Positions 9,601 to 18,574 of a stretch of DNA of 64,000 nucleotides are shown here, one piece after another (position 1 is the first letter of the stretch; every line of letters starts with the position of its first letter). The stretch spans positions 82,543-146,542 of the forward strand of contig JBBCKI010000002.1 in assembly GCA_037190965.1 (NCBI GenBank). The letters are read 5' to 3'. A program made the position numbers and the translations under genes. The DNA is from Chthoniobacteraceae bacterium (GTDB lineage Bacteria > Verrucomicrobiota > Verrucomicrobiia > Chthoniobacterales > Chthoniobacteraceae). The notes under the pieces are model-generated. The model was given only the letters and a program-made list of their open reading frames with translations, was not told where the DNA came from and ran no database searches.

Positions 9601-9978
9601 GACAACACGCCGCGTATTTCTGACGCCGAGTGGCAGGTCATCAAAGTCATTTGGCAACGACCAGGCATTTCCGCGCAGGAAATCATTGAGGAACTGGAGC
9701 ACTCCTCGAGTTGGAGCCCGGCTACCATCAAGACGCTTCTCAATCGGCTCCTTAAAAAGAAGGCTCTTCGTTTTGAAAAAGAGGGCAAGGCGTATTGCTA
9801 TCATGCGCTGGTCTCCGAAGAGGAATGCCGCCAGTCCGAATCGGACTCATTCCTTTCCCGCGTCTTCGACGGAGCGCTTTCCCCGATGCTCGCACACTTC
9901 ATCCGCTCCAGGCCGTTGAGCGAGGAGGAACTGAACGAACTTGAATCGCTCGTTCGCCAAAAGAAGGGGAAGCCATGA
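9598..9978 (+). CDS. BlaI/MecI/CopY family repressor
   Basis: ISDAEWQVIKVIW, WSPATIKTLLNRLLKK winged helix. Confidence 0.95.
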   Translation: MDNTPRISDAEWQVIKVIWQRPGISAQEIIEELEHSSSWSPATIKTLLNRLLKKKALRFEKEGKAYCYHALVSEEECRQSESDSFLSRVFDGALSPMLAHFIRSRPLSEEELNELESLVRQKKGKP

Positions 9979-11357
9979 CCCTCCTCTATCTTTCCTTGGC
10001 GGGCTCCATTACGACGCTCTTCGTCATTGCGCTGGATCGTTTGCTATCCCGCTCCATGAGCACCCGCTGGCGACGGGCATGGTGGATCTTCCTTCCTCTC
10101 TTCTTTCTTCACCCTCCCATCCAGCTGGCGGTAATCCCTGCCCCCTCCCTGAACGGAAAGTCTCCGGCCACCGTCAAAGCCGAGAAGATCGACTTTCCTC
10201 AAAACACAGAATCCCTACCCGAGACAACACTCACTGCGTGGGAACCACTGCTGTCGTTCACCCTATGGACAGGATGGGCTCTGGGAGCAATAGGCACCCT
10301 GATCGTCGTCATGGTTCAAACCCACCGCGCCGCGCGCCGCTGGGCGACCGAGCCGCTTTGCATCGATTCGGATCTGCTCGGACTGCTTGAAGATTGCAAA
10401 GCGAAGGCGGGCGTCACCGCACCCATCGGCCTCGTCCTCTCAGACCATGTCGCCTCCCCCGCTCTCCTCGGCTGGCTTCGCCCGCGCATCCTCATCCCAG
10501 CCTCGCTCGCAAAAACGCTCCCGCATCGGCAACTCCGTGCCATCCTCCTGCATGAGCTGGCGCACTTCCGCCACTTCGATATTCCTGCCGGATGGTTATT
10601 CAACCTCGTGCGGGCGGTTCACTGGTTTAATCCCTTCGCTCACCTTGCCGCGCACGCCTGGGCTCGCTTCCGGGAGGAAGCCGCGGACGAAACGGCCATT
10701 CAATGGATGCAGTCTGAGGCGGATGACGCCCAAACCTATCAAGAAGCCCTGCTTTCTGCCCTTAGAGACGCCAACAAACCCTCGCCCTCGGTCCCGGTCG
10801 GCGCACTAGCCATCGGAGAATCCATCGCCGCCATCAAACAACGATTCATTATGATCCAAAACCACCCAAATCGATCCATGCGCCCCGCACTCGGCATTGC
10901 AATCGCCCTGCTTCTTCTGACTCCGATTTTCTTTAGGCCCGTCTATGCCGAGGATAAAGCCCCAAAGAAGGAAATCTCAGCAAATGACGCCGCCAAAGCC
11001 GAGGCGGTCAAAGCGATGACCTCATGGCTCAACACCATCGACGAAGGAGACTATCCAAAGAGCTGGAAGAACGCCTCCAAATTCTTCAGAACCGCCGTCA
11101 CCGAAGAACAGTGGATCGCCGCCTGCAAGAGCGTGCGCGGTCCTCTGGGAAAACTGATTGAAAGGGAACTCGTCTCTGCACTGTACCAGACCGAGATTCC
11201 CCTCCCCGATGGAACCCTCAAGAAAGCCAAGGTCGTCATCGCTCAGTTCGACGCCTCCTACGAGAATCTCGATTCCGCCCGCGAAACCGTCACCTTCGAG
11301 CAAGAGGAAGACGGCTCCTGGAGAGCCTCGGGCTACTACGTGAAACCTAAACTTTAG
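9975..11357 (+). CDS. M56 (BlaR1-like) metallopeptidase with C-terminal DUF4019-like domain
   Basis: HELAH, HWFNP, EEAADE; ATGA overlap with the repressor; tail WLxxIDxGxY...ETVTF...DGSWRASGY. Confidence 0.88.
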   Translation: MTLLYLSLAGSITTLFVIALDRLLSRSMSTRWRRAWWIFLPLFFLHPPIQLAVIPAPSLNGKSPATVKAEKIDFPQNTESLPETTLTAWEPLLSFTLWTGWALGAIGTLIVVMVQTHRAARRWATEPLCIDSDLLGLLEDCKAKAGVTAPIGLVLSDHVASPALLGWLRPRILIPASLAKTLPHRQLRAILLHELAHFRHFDIPAGWLFNLVRAVHWFNPFAHLAAHAWARFREEAADETAIQWMQSEADDAQTYQEALLSALRDANKPSPSVPVGALAIGESIAAIKQRFIMIQNHPNRSMRPALGIAIALLLLTPIFFRPVYAEDKAPKKEISANDAAKAEAVKAMTSWLNTIDEGDYPKSWKNASKFFRTAVTEEQWIAACKSVRGPLGKLIERELVSALYQTEIPLPDGTLKKAKVVIAQFDASYENLDSARETVTFEQEEDGSWRASGYYVKPKL

Positions 11358-12630
11358 AGCGTTTCCGTCCGTTTCCGTTACCGTTCTCTCCCCGCATTCC
11401 CACCGTCTTGAGCGCCGCGCCGGTCCCCGACGGAACACTGGCGGCGCGGCCTCCCGATTTCACCTTTCCCAGCGACACCAGTTTCCCCGAGCTATTGCCG
11501 TTCTTCCCGTTCCCCCGCTTCACTCCGGCCGCTTCCGCAATATGATTAAACAGGGTCAAGGCCTGCGCGACCACCTGATCCATGTTGTAGTACCGATAAG
11601 TCGCGAGCCTTCCGGCAAAATGAACGCCCGGCGTCGCGTGCGCGAGCTCCTGATAACGTCGATATAGCTCCGCATTCTTCGGCTGCGGCACGGGATAATA
11701 GGGATCGCCCTCAGCTTGTGGAAACTCGTAAACGATGCTGGTCTTCGCGTGTTTCTGGCCGGTCAGGTATTTGAATTCGGTGATCCGCGTGAAGAGATGC
11801 TCATTCGGGTAGTTGACCACGGGAGCAGCTTGAAAGAACTCCACATCGTGCGTCTCATGCCGGAACTCCAGACAGCGATAGGGTAGCTTTCCGAACCGGA
11901 AATCGAAGAACTCATCCACCGGCCCCGTGAAGATCATCTCCCCATACGGGATTGCGTCCACAATCTCCCGGTAGTCGGTGTTGAGAAGCAGTTTGATGTT
12001 GGGATGGTCGAGCATGTTCTCGAACATCCGCGTATAGCCCAGCTTCGGCATCGCCTGGTAGGCGTCGGTGAAATAGCGATCGTCGCGATTGGAACGCGTC
12101 GGCACACGGGCCGTGACCTGGGCGTCGAGCTCGGAGGGGTCGAGCCCCCACTGCTTGCGTGTGTAACCCCGGAAGAACTTGTTATAGAGTTCACGCCCCA
12201 CTTTGCTGACGACAACATCCTCGGAGGTGCGGATCACGCTCTTGCTTTCCGCCACGGATTTGAAGAAATCCTCCACCTGCCGTGCGTTGAGGTTCAACCC
12301 ATAGAGCATATTGATCGTGTCTAGGTTGATCGGAATCGGCACAAGTCGTCCGTCGACGCTGGCCCGCACACGATGTTCATAGTTGCGCCACTCCGTGAAC
12401 TGCCCGAGGTACTCGAAGACCTCCCGCGAGGCGGTGTGGAAGATATGCGGCCCGTATTTATGCACGAGCAGGCCGTCTCCATTGTAAAAATCGTAAGCGT
12501 TCCCGGCGATATGATTGCGCCTGTCGACGATGAGCACCCGCTTCCCCAATCCACGCGCGAGCCGCTCCGCGAGCACGCTTCCGGCGTAGCCCGCACCGAC
12601 GATCAGATAGTCGAAGAGCGGCGTTTTCAT
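11347..12630 (-). CDS. glf: UDP-galactopyranose mutase
   Basis: GAGYAG, HKYGPHIFHT, PYYP, GRLATYRYYNMDQ. Confidence 0.96.
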   Translation of the reverse strand: MKTPLFDYLIVGAGYAGSVLAERLARGLGKRVLIVDRRNHIAGNAYDFYNGDGLLVHKYGPHIFHTASREVFEYLGQFTEWRNYEHRVRASVDGRLVPIPINLDTINMLYGLNLNARQVEDFFKSVAESKSVIRTSEDVVVSKVGRELYNKFFRGYTRKQWGLDPSELDAQVTARVPTRSNRDDRYFTDAYQAMPKLGYTRMFENMLDHPNIKLLLNTDYREIVDAIPYGEMIFTGPVDEFFDFRFGKLPYRCLEFRHETHDVEFFQAAPVVNYPNEHLFTRITEFKYLTGQKHAKTSIVYEFPQAEGDPYYPVPQPKNAELYRRYQELAHATPGVHFAGRLATYRYYNMDQVVAQALTLFNHIAEAAGVKRGNGKNGNSSGKLVSLGKVKSGGRAASVPSGTGAALKTVGMRGENGNGNGRKRSKV

Positions 12631-13841
12631 GCAGCGACCGTTTTCTTTGCGGCAAGAGCCTCGAGAATATGCGCTTCGAGCTTGGCCACAATCGCCTCCC
12701 AGGAATTCCGCCGCGCCAGCTCGATACCCCGCTCGATCGCGGGACGATTCGGTGCCTCCAGCGCGCGGCGGCAGGACTCCACAAACTCGTCGTGCGAACG
12801 GGCAATCGTCGCAACGTGACTGAATTGCGACACCACATCCTCAACGGCGGAAGATATCACCGGCCTTCCGGTCGCCATATACTCAAGCGCCTTGGTCGGG
12901 TTAATGTATTCCGTGGCCTCATTGAGCGCGAACGGCATCAGGCAGACATCGAAACGCTTTGCATAGGCGGGCAACTGGCTGTAGTCCCTCCCGCCCAGCC
13001 AATGAATGTTGGGGCGTTGCGGCAAAGTAGCTTCATCCACCTTCGTCCTCGGGCCGACGATGACCAGATGCCACGTCGGGTCTGCGTCGGCAAGGGCGGC
13101 AATCAGTTCATAGTCCATCCGTTCGTCCACGACGCCGAAGAAGCCCAGCACCGGGCCCTGCAGCGCGGCGATATCCGCGGGGATCTCCGTGGCCTCGTCG
13201 CGCGCTTTTGCAAAGTGCCGCACATCGACGCCGCACCCGAAGGCGTGGCAGTTGGAGTGATGCACCGACTTGGCTCGATGGATCTTGGGCCCGCCCGCGA
13301 AGACAACATCGGCCAACGCAAGCAGTTCCCGCTCCCGCCGCACCAGTTCAGGCGGCGCCCCGCGAAATTGGGAGAGCTGATCCATGCAATCATAAACGAT
13401 CACGGCTTCGTTCATTCTCCCCGCAAACGCCTTTACGGCCATCGGATCGTAGAACCATTGCACAGGATTGGCGAACTCGCGGGCGAGCGGCCCCGCCAGC
13501 ATCTGCTGCACGAGCCTGCGCCGCTGCTTGTCGAGCCACGCGGCGTCGCGGGCCTGCTTCTCGGGAAAGCACGACTGGAGCACCATGATGTTCGGGTAGT
13601 CCGAAACATCGCGAAGGATTGAACGTGGGCCCTCCGCCGCATCGCCGATACGCGGCTCTTCGACAAATAATATCCGATGCCGCCGCGAGAGCCGCGACAA
13701 AAATTGCTGAGGTCTTTGCCAGACCCAATCCCACCCGAGATGCGAATGCACGATGATCGGGAAACCGAGGTTCTCCTCCGCAATCCGTACCCGGGCGGAT
13801 CTCCGCCCGCCTTCGCCGTATTCGTCGGGATGCGTTCTCAT
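12627..13841 (-). CDS. GT-B glycosyltransferase (GT4-like) of the kind commonly paired with glf
   Basis: HLGWDWVWQRPQQ, YDCMD, NPTKALEYMATG; GGAGGAG upstream of the ATG at 13841. Confidence 0.9.
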   Translation of the reverse strand: MRTHPDEYGEGGRRSARVRIAEENLGFPIIVHSHLGWDWVWQRPQQFLSRLSRRHRILFVEEPRIGDAAEGPRSILRDVSDYPNIMVLQSCFPEKQARDAAWLDKQRRRLVQQMLAGPLAREFANPVQWFYDPMAVKAFAGRMNEAVIVYDCMDQLSQFRGAPPELVRRERELLALADVVFAGGPKIHRAKSVHHSNCHAFGCGVDVRHFAKARDEATEIPADIAALQGPVLGFFGVVDERMDYELIAALADADPTWHLVIVGPRTKVDEATLPQRPNIHWLGGRDYSQLPAYAKRFDVCLMPFALNEATEYINPTKALEYMATGRPVISSAVEDVVSQFSHVATIARSHDEFVESCRRALEAPNRPAIERGIELARRNSWEAIVAKLEAHILEALAAKKTVAA

Positions 13842-13986
13842 ACTCCTCCGAATCGCCAACCCTCTACGAGTTGGCCTTAGGGCTTTCCCCGTCGAATTCC
13901 CCACAGGTCGGCACCGCAACGATCTTGCAATCAGAGTGGGCCATAAGCCCACGCGCAACCTGACACCCGAAACCGTCATAACGGTT

Positions 13987-16782
13987 ATGTCTCATCGATC
14001 CCATTACCCACGCCCCGAATATCCGCGCCCAGAGAAACAACGAGGGCTGATCGAGGGGGTGGACTGGATCAACCTCAACGGTCCCTGGCAATTCCGTTTC
14101 GACCCCGACCGGCGCGGCCTGCGGGAAAACTGGTTCAGAGAAGAGGCGGAAGAATGGCATGAGCAGATTATCGTTCCGTTCTGCTGGGAATCGCTTGCGG
14201 CCTGGGGCCAGGGCAACGCTGCCAGCAACGAGAATTATTATTCCACGCGAATCTTTATTAACCCGCTGGAAGTCACCCGCGCCAATCACCGCGTCGCCCG
14301 GCGCTTTGAAGTCGGATGGTATCGCCGCGAAATCAGGGTGCCGAAGGAGTGGCTCGACTCGCGCCGGGTCATCCTTCACGTCGGTGCGGCGGACTTTTTT
14401 ACGGACTGCTGGTGCAATGGCGTTGCCATGGGGCGACATGAGGGAGGCTATACCCCGTTTGAATTCGACATCACCGATGCGCTCAAAGACCAGAAGGGAG
14501 TCATCGTCTTTCGCGTGGAAGACCCGATGGACAACCACGAGCAACCCGTCGGCAAACAGTGGCAGTGGTACACCACGGTGAGCGGCATCTGGCAAACGAT
14601 CTTCCTGGAACCGCGCACACCCGCCTATATCGAGCACTTCAACATTTCGACAGAAATCTCTACTGGTACGGTCGCCTTCGACATCGCGTGCAAAGAGACC
14701 GACGAGGGCGCGCCTCTCGAAATCGCCATCACCTCCCCCGACGGGGATCTGCATGAGGGAGATACCACGGTTAAGAACGGACGTGCTTTTTTCAAAACCA
14801 CCATCTTTCCCGTGGAACTATGGGAGCCCGATACGCCTCACCTCTACCGGGTCGTCCTCCGGCTGCAAGGGAAGTCAAACAGCCCCAAGGACATCATCCG
14901 CACCTATTTCGGGATGCGCGAGATCACCACCGCGCCGACGGAACAGGAGGGAGCCCCCTCCGCGCTCTGCCTTAATAACCGGCCGATCTATCTTCGCGGA
15001 GCGCTGTATCAATCCTACTATCCGGATGGCGTCTACACAGCGGGAGACGCGCATACACTGCGCGAGGATATCGCGGTTGCCAAAAAGGCGGGGTTCCAGT
15101 TTCTGCGCATCCATATCAAACTCGACGACCCGCTTTTCCTCTATTATGCGGACACGATGGGCATTCTGCTCATGGAGGATTTCCCCAATTTTGGCGAAGG
15201 CGGCGACACTCCGCTCGGGCGCCGCCGCTTCGAAGAGATGATGCGCGAGGGCATCCAGCGCGATCGGAACCATCCCTCGCTCATCGCGTGGTGTCTCTTC
15301 AACGAAACCTGGGGGTTCGGCGGGCAGGTGGAACTCGTAAAACACTTCGGCCCCAACGCTCACGCCCTGCTCACGGAGAAAACCGCCGTGCGGATCGAGA
15401 ACAGGAGCGCGCAGCAATGGGTGCAACAGATGTGGGAACTCGCCAAATCGCTTGACAGGACCAGGCTCGTCGAAGACATGAGCGTCGTCCACTGGGAACA
15501 CCTCCATTACTACGCCCATGGCGACACCGACATCAACTCGTGGCATTTCTATATCGACGATTACGAAAAGGCAAAAACGCACATCGACGGCGTCGTCACC
15601 CAGACTTACGCCGGCTCCAAATTCAACTATGAGGAGGGCTACGCCCAAGGCCATCAACCGTTGTTCAACAGTGAATTCGGCGGCGTCGGCGCGCTCGACG
15701 GGGATCGCGATATATCATGGAGCTTCAAATTTCTCACCAACGAGCTACGGAAACACGGCAGCCTCTCTGCCTATATTTTCACGGAGTTGCATGATGTCGA
15801 ATGGGAGTACAACGGTTTTCTCAACTATGACCGTACCGCCAAAGAATTCGGTTACGATCCCAATATCATCAACCAGGGCGACGTCCTCCCCATCGACGCG
15901 CCTCCCATTCAGCAATGCCTCCCGGGTGAGAAAAAGAAAATCGAAGTCTATGCTTCGCACTATTCCCGCCATCATCCGGCGAAGGTGACATTTCATTGGC
16001 GCTTGAGCGGCATCGACGCACTGGGCCGCGTCATCCAGGATCTGGACTCCGGCCGCAAACAGATCCCTTTCCGACATCACCGCGTCGATCTGGCCGGGGT
16101 CGTTCAGTTTACCCTGCCCGATGAGATGATGCTCTGCACGCTCTGGGTCCACGCGATTGGTGACGACGGCGCGGTACTGGCAACCAACTATGTCCAGTTT
16201 TTCGTCACGCCCGGAGAGTCAATCCGAAGGGAAGAATGCCCGGGGCGGATCATTCTGCGGGCGCGCACCGCAGAGTGGACGCGAGCCGAATGGAGCGGCG
16301 ATATTTGCGGGCGCGAAGAGGCGGCGAGGACGGGACGATGCTATGCTTTCGGCCACGGTTTCTTTGAATGGGAACTTCAGCTTTCCCGCGAAGAACTGGC
16401 CCGAACCACACGACTGCGCCTGCTTTGCGAAGCCTCCGCGCGACGGATCGATCATCCGCAAACCGATTCTCAACACTACCCGACCACCTTCGAAATCCTG
16501 GTCAACGGCGTCCGGGTTCACCACGCCATCCTGCCGGACCACCCGCATGACAGTCGTGGCGCGCTTTCATACCTGAACGGCGGCTATGGAGGATACGGCT
16601 ATCTCGCCCAGATTCTTGCGGAAGGCGAGCTGCTTCAGGCCATTCGCGATCACGCCACCGACGGAACCCTTCTTCTCCGTTGCGGCGTTCCGGCCGACGC
16701 GCGAGTGCAAGGGGGGCTCTCCATCTATGGCGCGAGGAGCGGGCGTTTCCCGACCAGTCTTACCGTAATTTCGGAGTGGTGA
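13987..16782 (+). CDS. Glycoside hydrolase family 2
   Basis: EYPRP, NLNGPWQF, HEGGYTPF, RNHPSLIAWCLFNETWG, SEFGG; ATG at 13987. Confidence 0.9.
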   Translation: MSHRSHYPRPEYPRPEKQRGLIEGVDWINLNGPWQFRFDPDRRGLRENWFREEAEEWHEQIIVPFCWESLAAWGQGNAASNENYYSTRIFINPLEVTRANHRVARRFEVGWYRREIRVPKEWLDSRRVILHVGAADFFTDCWCNGVAMGRHEGGYTPFEFDITDALKDQKGVIVFRVEDPMDNHEQPVGKQWQWYTTVSGIWQTIFLEPRTPAYIEHFNISTEISTGTVAFDIACKETDEGAPLEIAITSPDGDLHEGDTTVKNGRAFFKTTIFPVELWEPDTPHLYRVVLRLQGKSNSPKDIIRTYFGMREITTAPTEQEGAPSALCLNNRPIYLRGALYQSYYPDGVYTAGDAHTLREDIAVAKKAGFQFLRIHIKLDDPLFLYYADTMGILLMEDFPNFGEGGDTPLGRRRFEEMMREGIQRDRNHPSLIAWCLFNETWGFGGQVELVKHFGPNAHALLTEKTAVRIENRSAQQWVQQMWELAKSLDRTRLVEDMSVVHWEHLHYYAHGDTDINSWHFYIDDYEKAKTHIDGVVTQTYAGSKFNYEEGYAQGHQPLFNSEFGGVGALDGDRDISWSFKFLTNELRKHGSLSAYIFTELHDVEWEYNGFLNYDRTAKEFGYDPNIINQGDVLPIDAPPIQQCLPGEKKKIEVYASHYSRHHPAKVTFHWRLSGIDALGRVIQDLDSGRKQIPFRHHRVDLAGVVQFTLPDEMMLCTLWVHAIGDDGAVLATNYVQFFVTPGESIRREECPGRIILRARTAEWTRAEWSGDICGREEAARTGRCYAFGHGFFEWELQLSREELARTTRLRLLCEASARRIDHPQTDSQHYPTTFEILVNGVRVHHAILPDHPHDSRGALSYLNGGYGGYGYLAQILAEGELLQAIRDHATDGTLLLRCGVPADARVQGGLSIYGARSGRFPTSLTVISEW

Positions 16783-16817
16783 GCCTAAAAGTGACGAGCG
16801 ATATTTCGCTATTTTCA

Positions 16818-16975
16818 GGTAGTCCGCTCTCGCCGAGAGCACGGGATCGATGAAGAGTCGCGTTTGACGCCCATCCCCTCAGGACGGGCTGCTGGGCACC
16901 AGGATGAGGCCCTCTTGAGGCCACGGAAGTTGGTACCCGCGCTCTACGGCGCGAGTGGGCTACCGGTGCTGCCGC
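16818..16975 (+). repeat. REPIN-like family A, copy A2
   Basis: Same arms, spacer and tail as A1; between convergent genes. Confidence 0.92.
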
Positions 16976-16984
16976 TCCTTGCCG

Positions 16985-17833
16985 CTATCCCACCCCGAAC
17001 CTCAAGGAGTTTCCCTCATCCAGATCGTCCGGAGGAGCGGAATCGGGCATATCGTCGTTCGACGGATCAACAGGAGGATCCATCGGGAGTAATTCCGGCT
17101 GGGAAAGCACTTGTTCCCCGATGAAGAGTTCGCCCACGAAGACGCCTCCCTTTTCGACGACGATCCCTCGGGCGACGACCGATCCCTCCAGCCACCCTTT
17201 CTTTTCCACGGTGACGGTCCCGTCCACTTGCAGGCGGGCCGCCAACTTTCCTTTGATCGTGACCGACTTCGCCTTGAGAGGCCGAATCGCCTCCACGTCG
17301 GCTCGTTTTTCCACGGTCAACTGCTTCGTGTCCACAGACCCGAGCAGCTTTCCTTTCAGTTTGATACTGGTCTCGCCCGTACAGAGGAGGTTGCCACGGA
17401 TCTTGCCTTCGATGTACGCCTCGCGGCAGGAGACCTTGGCACTGGTGACATCTCCCTTGGAGGTGACGTGCAGTTTACCCTGGGTCTCAATGGTGCGATT
17501 GAGCGACTCTTTGATTTTGAAGTCGCTCAGGTCGATATACACCCCGCAATGAGGGCACGAACTCGATTTGGCCGAATTATTGACGATCTGCGTTCCCGCG
17601 CAATGGAAGCAGGTGATCTCCCATTCCCGATGGCGGGAGAAAATAGTGCCAAGCCGCGCGAGAAGCGACGGTGCGGCATCGCGCGGCTTGGCGAGAGGCT
17701 TTCCGATGTCCCAGTGCTCACTGCACTTCCGGCAAAACGTGCTCTTGGCAAACGGAGACTCAAGTTGCTTGAAGCCGCAATGCGGACATTCTACGGCAAC
17801 TTTGCTGGTAGTTTGTGGAGCCTTTCCGGACAC
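16985..17833 (-). CDS. Bactofilin-domain protein with two N-terminal Zn-ribbons
   Basis: CPHC/CRKC and CFHC/CPHC pairs, then extended beta-helix repeats ending VEKGGVFVG. Confidence 0.8.
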   Translation of the reverse strand: MSGKAPQTTSKVAVECPHCGFKQLESPFAKSTFCRKCSEHWDIGKPLAKPRDAAPSLLARLGTIFSRHREWEITCFHCAGTQIVNNSAKSSSCPHCGVYIDLSDFKIKESLNRTIETQGKLHVTSKGDVTSAKVSCREAYIEGKIRGNLLCTGETSIKLKGKLLGSVDTKQLTVEKRADVEAIRPLKAKSVTIKGKLAARLQVDGTVTVEKKGWLEGSVVARGIVVEKGGVFVGELFIGEQVLSQPELLPMDPPVDPSNDDMPDSAPPDDLDEGNSLRFGVG

Positions 17834-17885
17834 GTAAGCGCCTGTTAATCAGCGGAATTGAGCGAACCTCGAACGATTGGCGATC

Positions 17886-18299
17886 TTAGCGCCCGGTGTT
17901 CACTGCGGCCTTCTGAAGCTCCGGGGTGCGGAGAATCTCGGGCTGCTTCATGGCAACGCGGTTCGGGGTCACTTCGGACTTACCGACGAAGGTGGCGCCT
18001 TCCTCGATCACGAGGCGGGCTGCCTTGAGATCGCCGATCAACTGAGCGCGCCCTTTGAGCTCGCAACGCTCTTCCACGGTGATGTTCCCCTGCACTTTGC
18101 CGTGCACGGTGACGGATTTGGTCTTGATCTCGCCGCGAACCTCGGCGTTTTCGCCGACGATCAGGACGCCGGGAGAAAGGATCTCGCCCTCAACCTTGCC
18201 GTCGATGGTCAGGTCGTTCTGAAACTTGATCGATCCTTTGATTTCGACGTCGGAGGAGAGGTTATTACGGGTGGATGTGGTGGGATTGAGTTCAGCCAT
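17886..18299 (-). CDS. Bactofilin (polymer-forming cytoskeletal protein)
   Basis: IDGKVEGEI...VHGKVQGNI...LVIEEGATFVG. Confidence 0.95.
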   Translation of the reverse strand: MAELNPTTSTRNNLSSDVEIKGSIKFQNDLTIDGKVEGEILSPGVLIVGENAEVRGEIKTKSVTVHGKVQGNITVEERCELKGRAQLIGDLKAARLVIEEGATFVGKSEVTPNRVAMKQPEILRTPELQKAAVNTGR

Positions 18300-18574
18300 A
18301 GGATTTCTAGTTTTTGTAAAGACGAAGCGATGCCGCCGCGAGTTTTATTGAGGATAAGGTACGTTTTTCCCGCTTGAACGGGCAAATTTTCAGCCAATTT
18401 TGGAGGTTCGGGGGAATGGCAAACTTTCGGGGAAGACCGAAAGGCCGGTGTGACTATCGAGTTTGCAAAAACCGATGTCAACCCGGGTTTCCCCAAGGGC
18501 GAAAAAAGGCGCCTGGCAAGGCATGCATAACACCCCCGGTGGATAATCAATCGCAAAAAAACCGGGGTTGCCCG

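Noticed and set aside
9357..9623. Short ORFs over the repeats (also 5070-5288, 16864-17124, 22883-23179, 34989-35174, 38007-38252, 61831-62025)
   Set aside because: They are translations of palindromic repeats in inconsistent frames and strands.
13753..13986. N-terminal extensions in the ORF track (GH2, GT, trpG, hisI, ispF, lpxA, flavoprotein and others)
   Set aside because: They overlap neighbouring genes or promoters and precede the recognisable family N-terminus, so downstream starts were used.
18418..18455. GGCAAAC plus hairpin resembling a c-di-GMP-I riboswitch
   Set aside because: It is on the strand opposite both flanking genes, and it lacks the GACGCAAA segment and the second stem.
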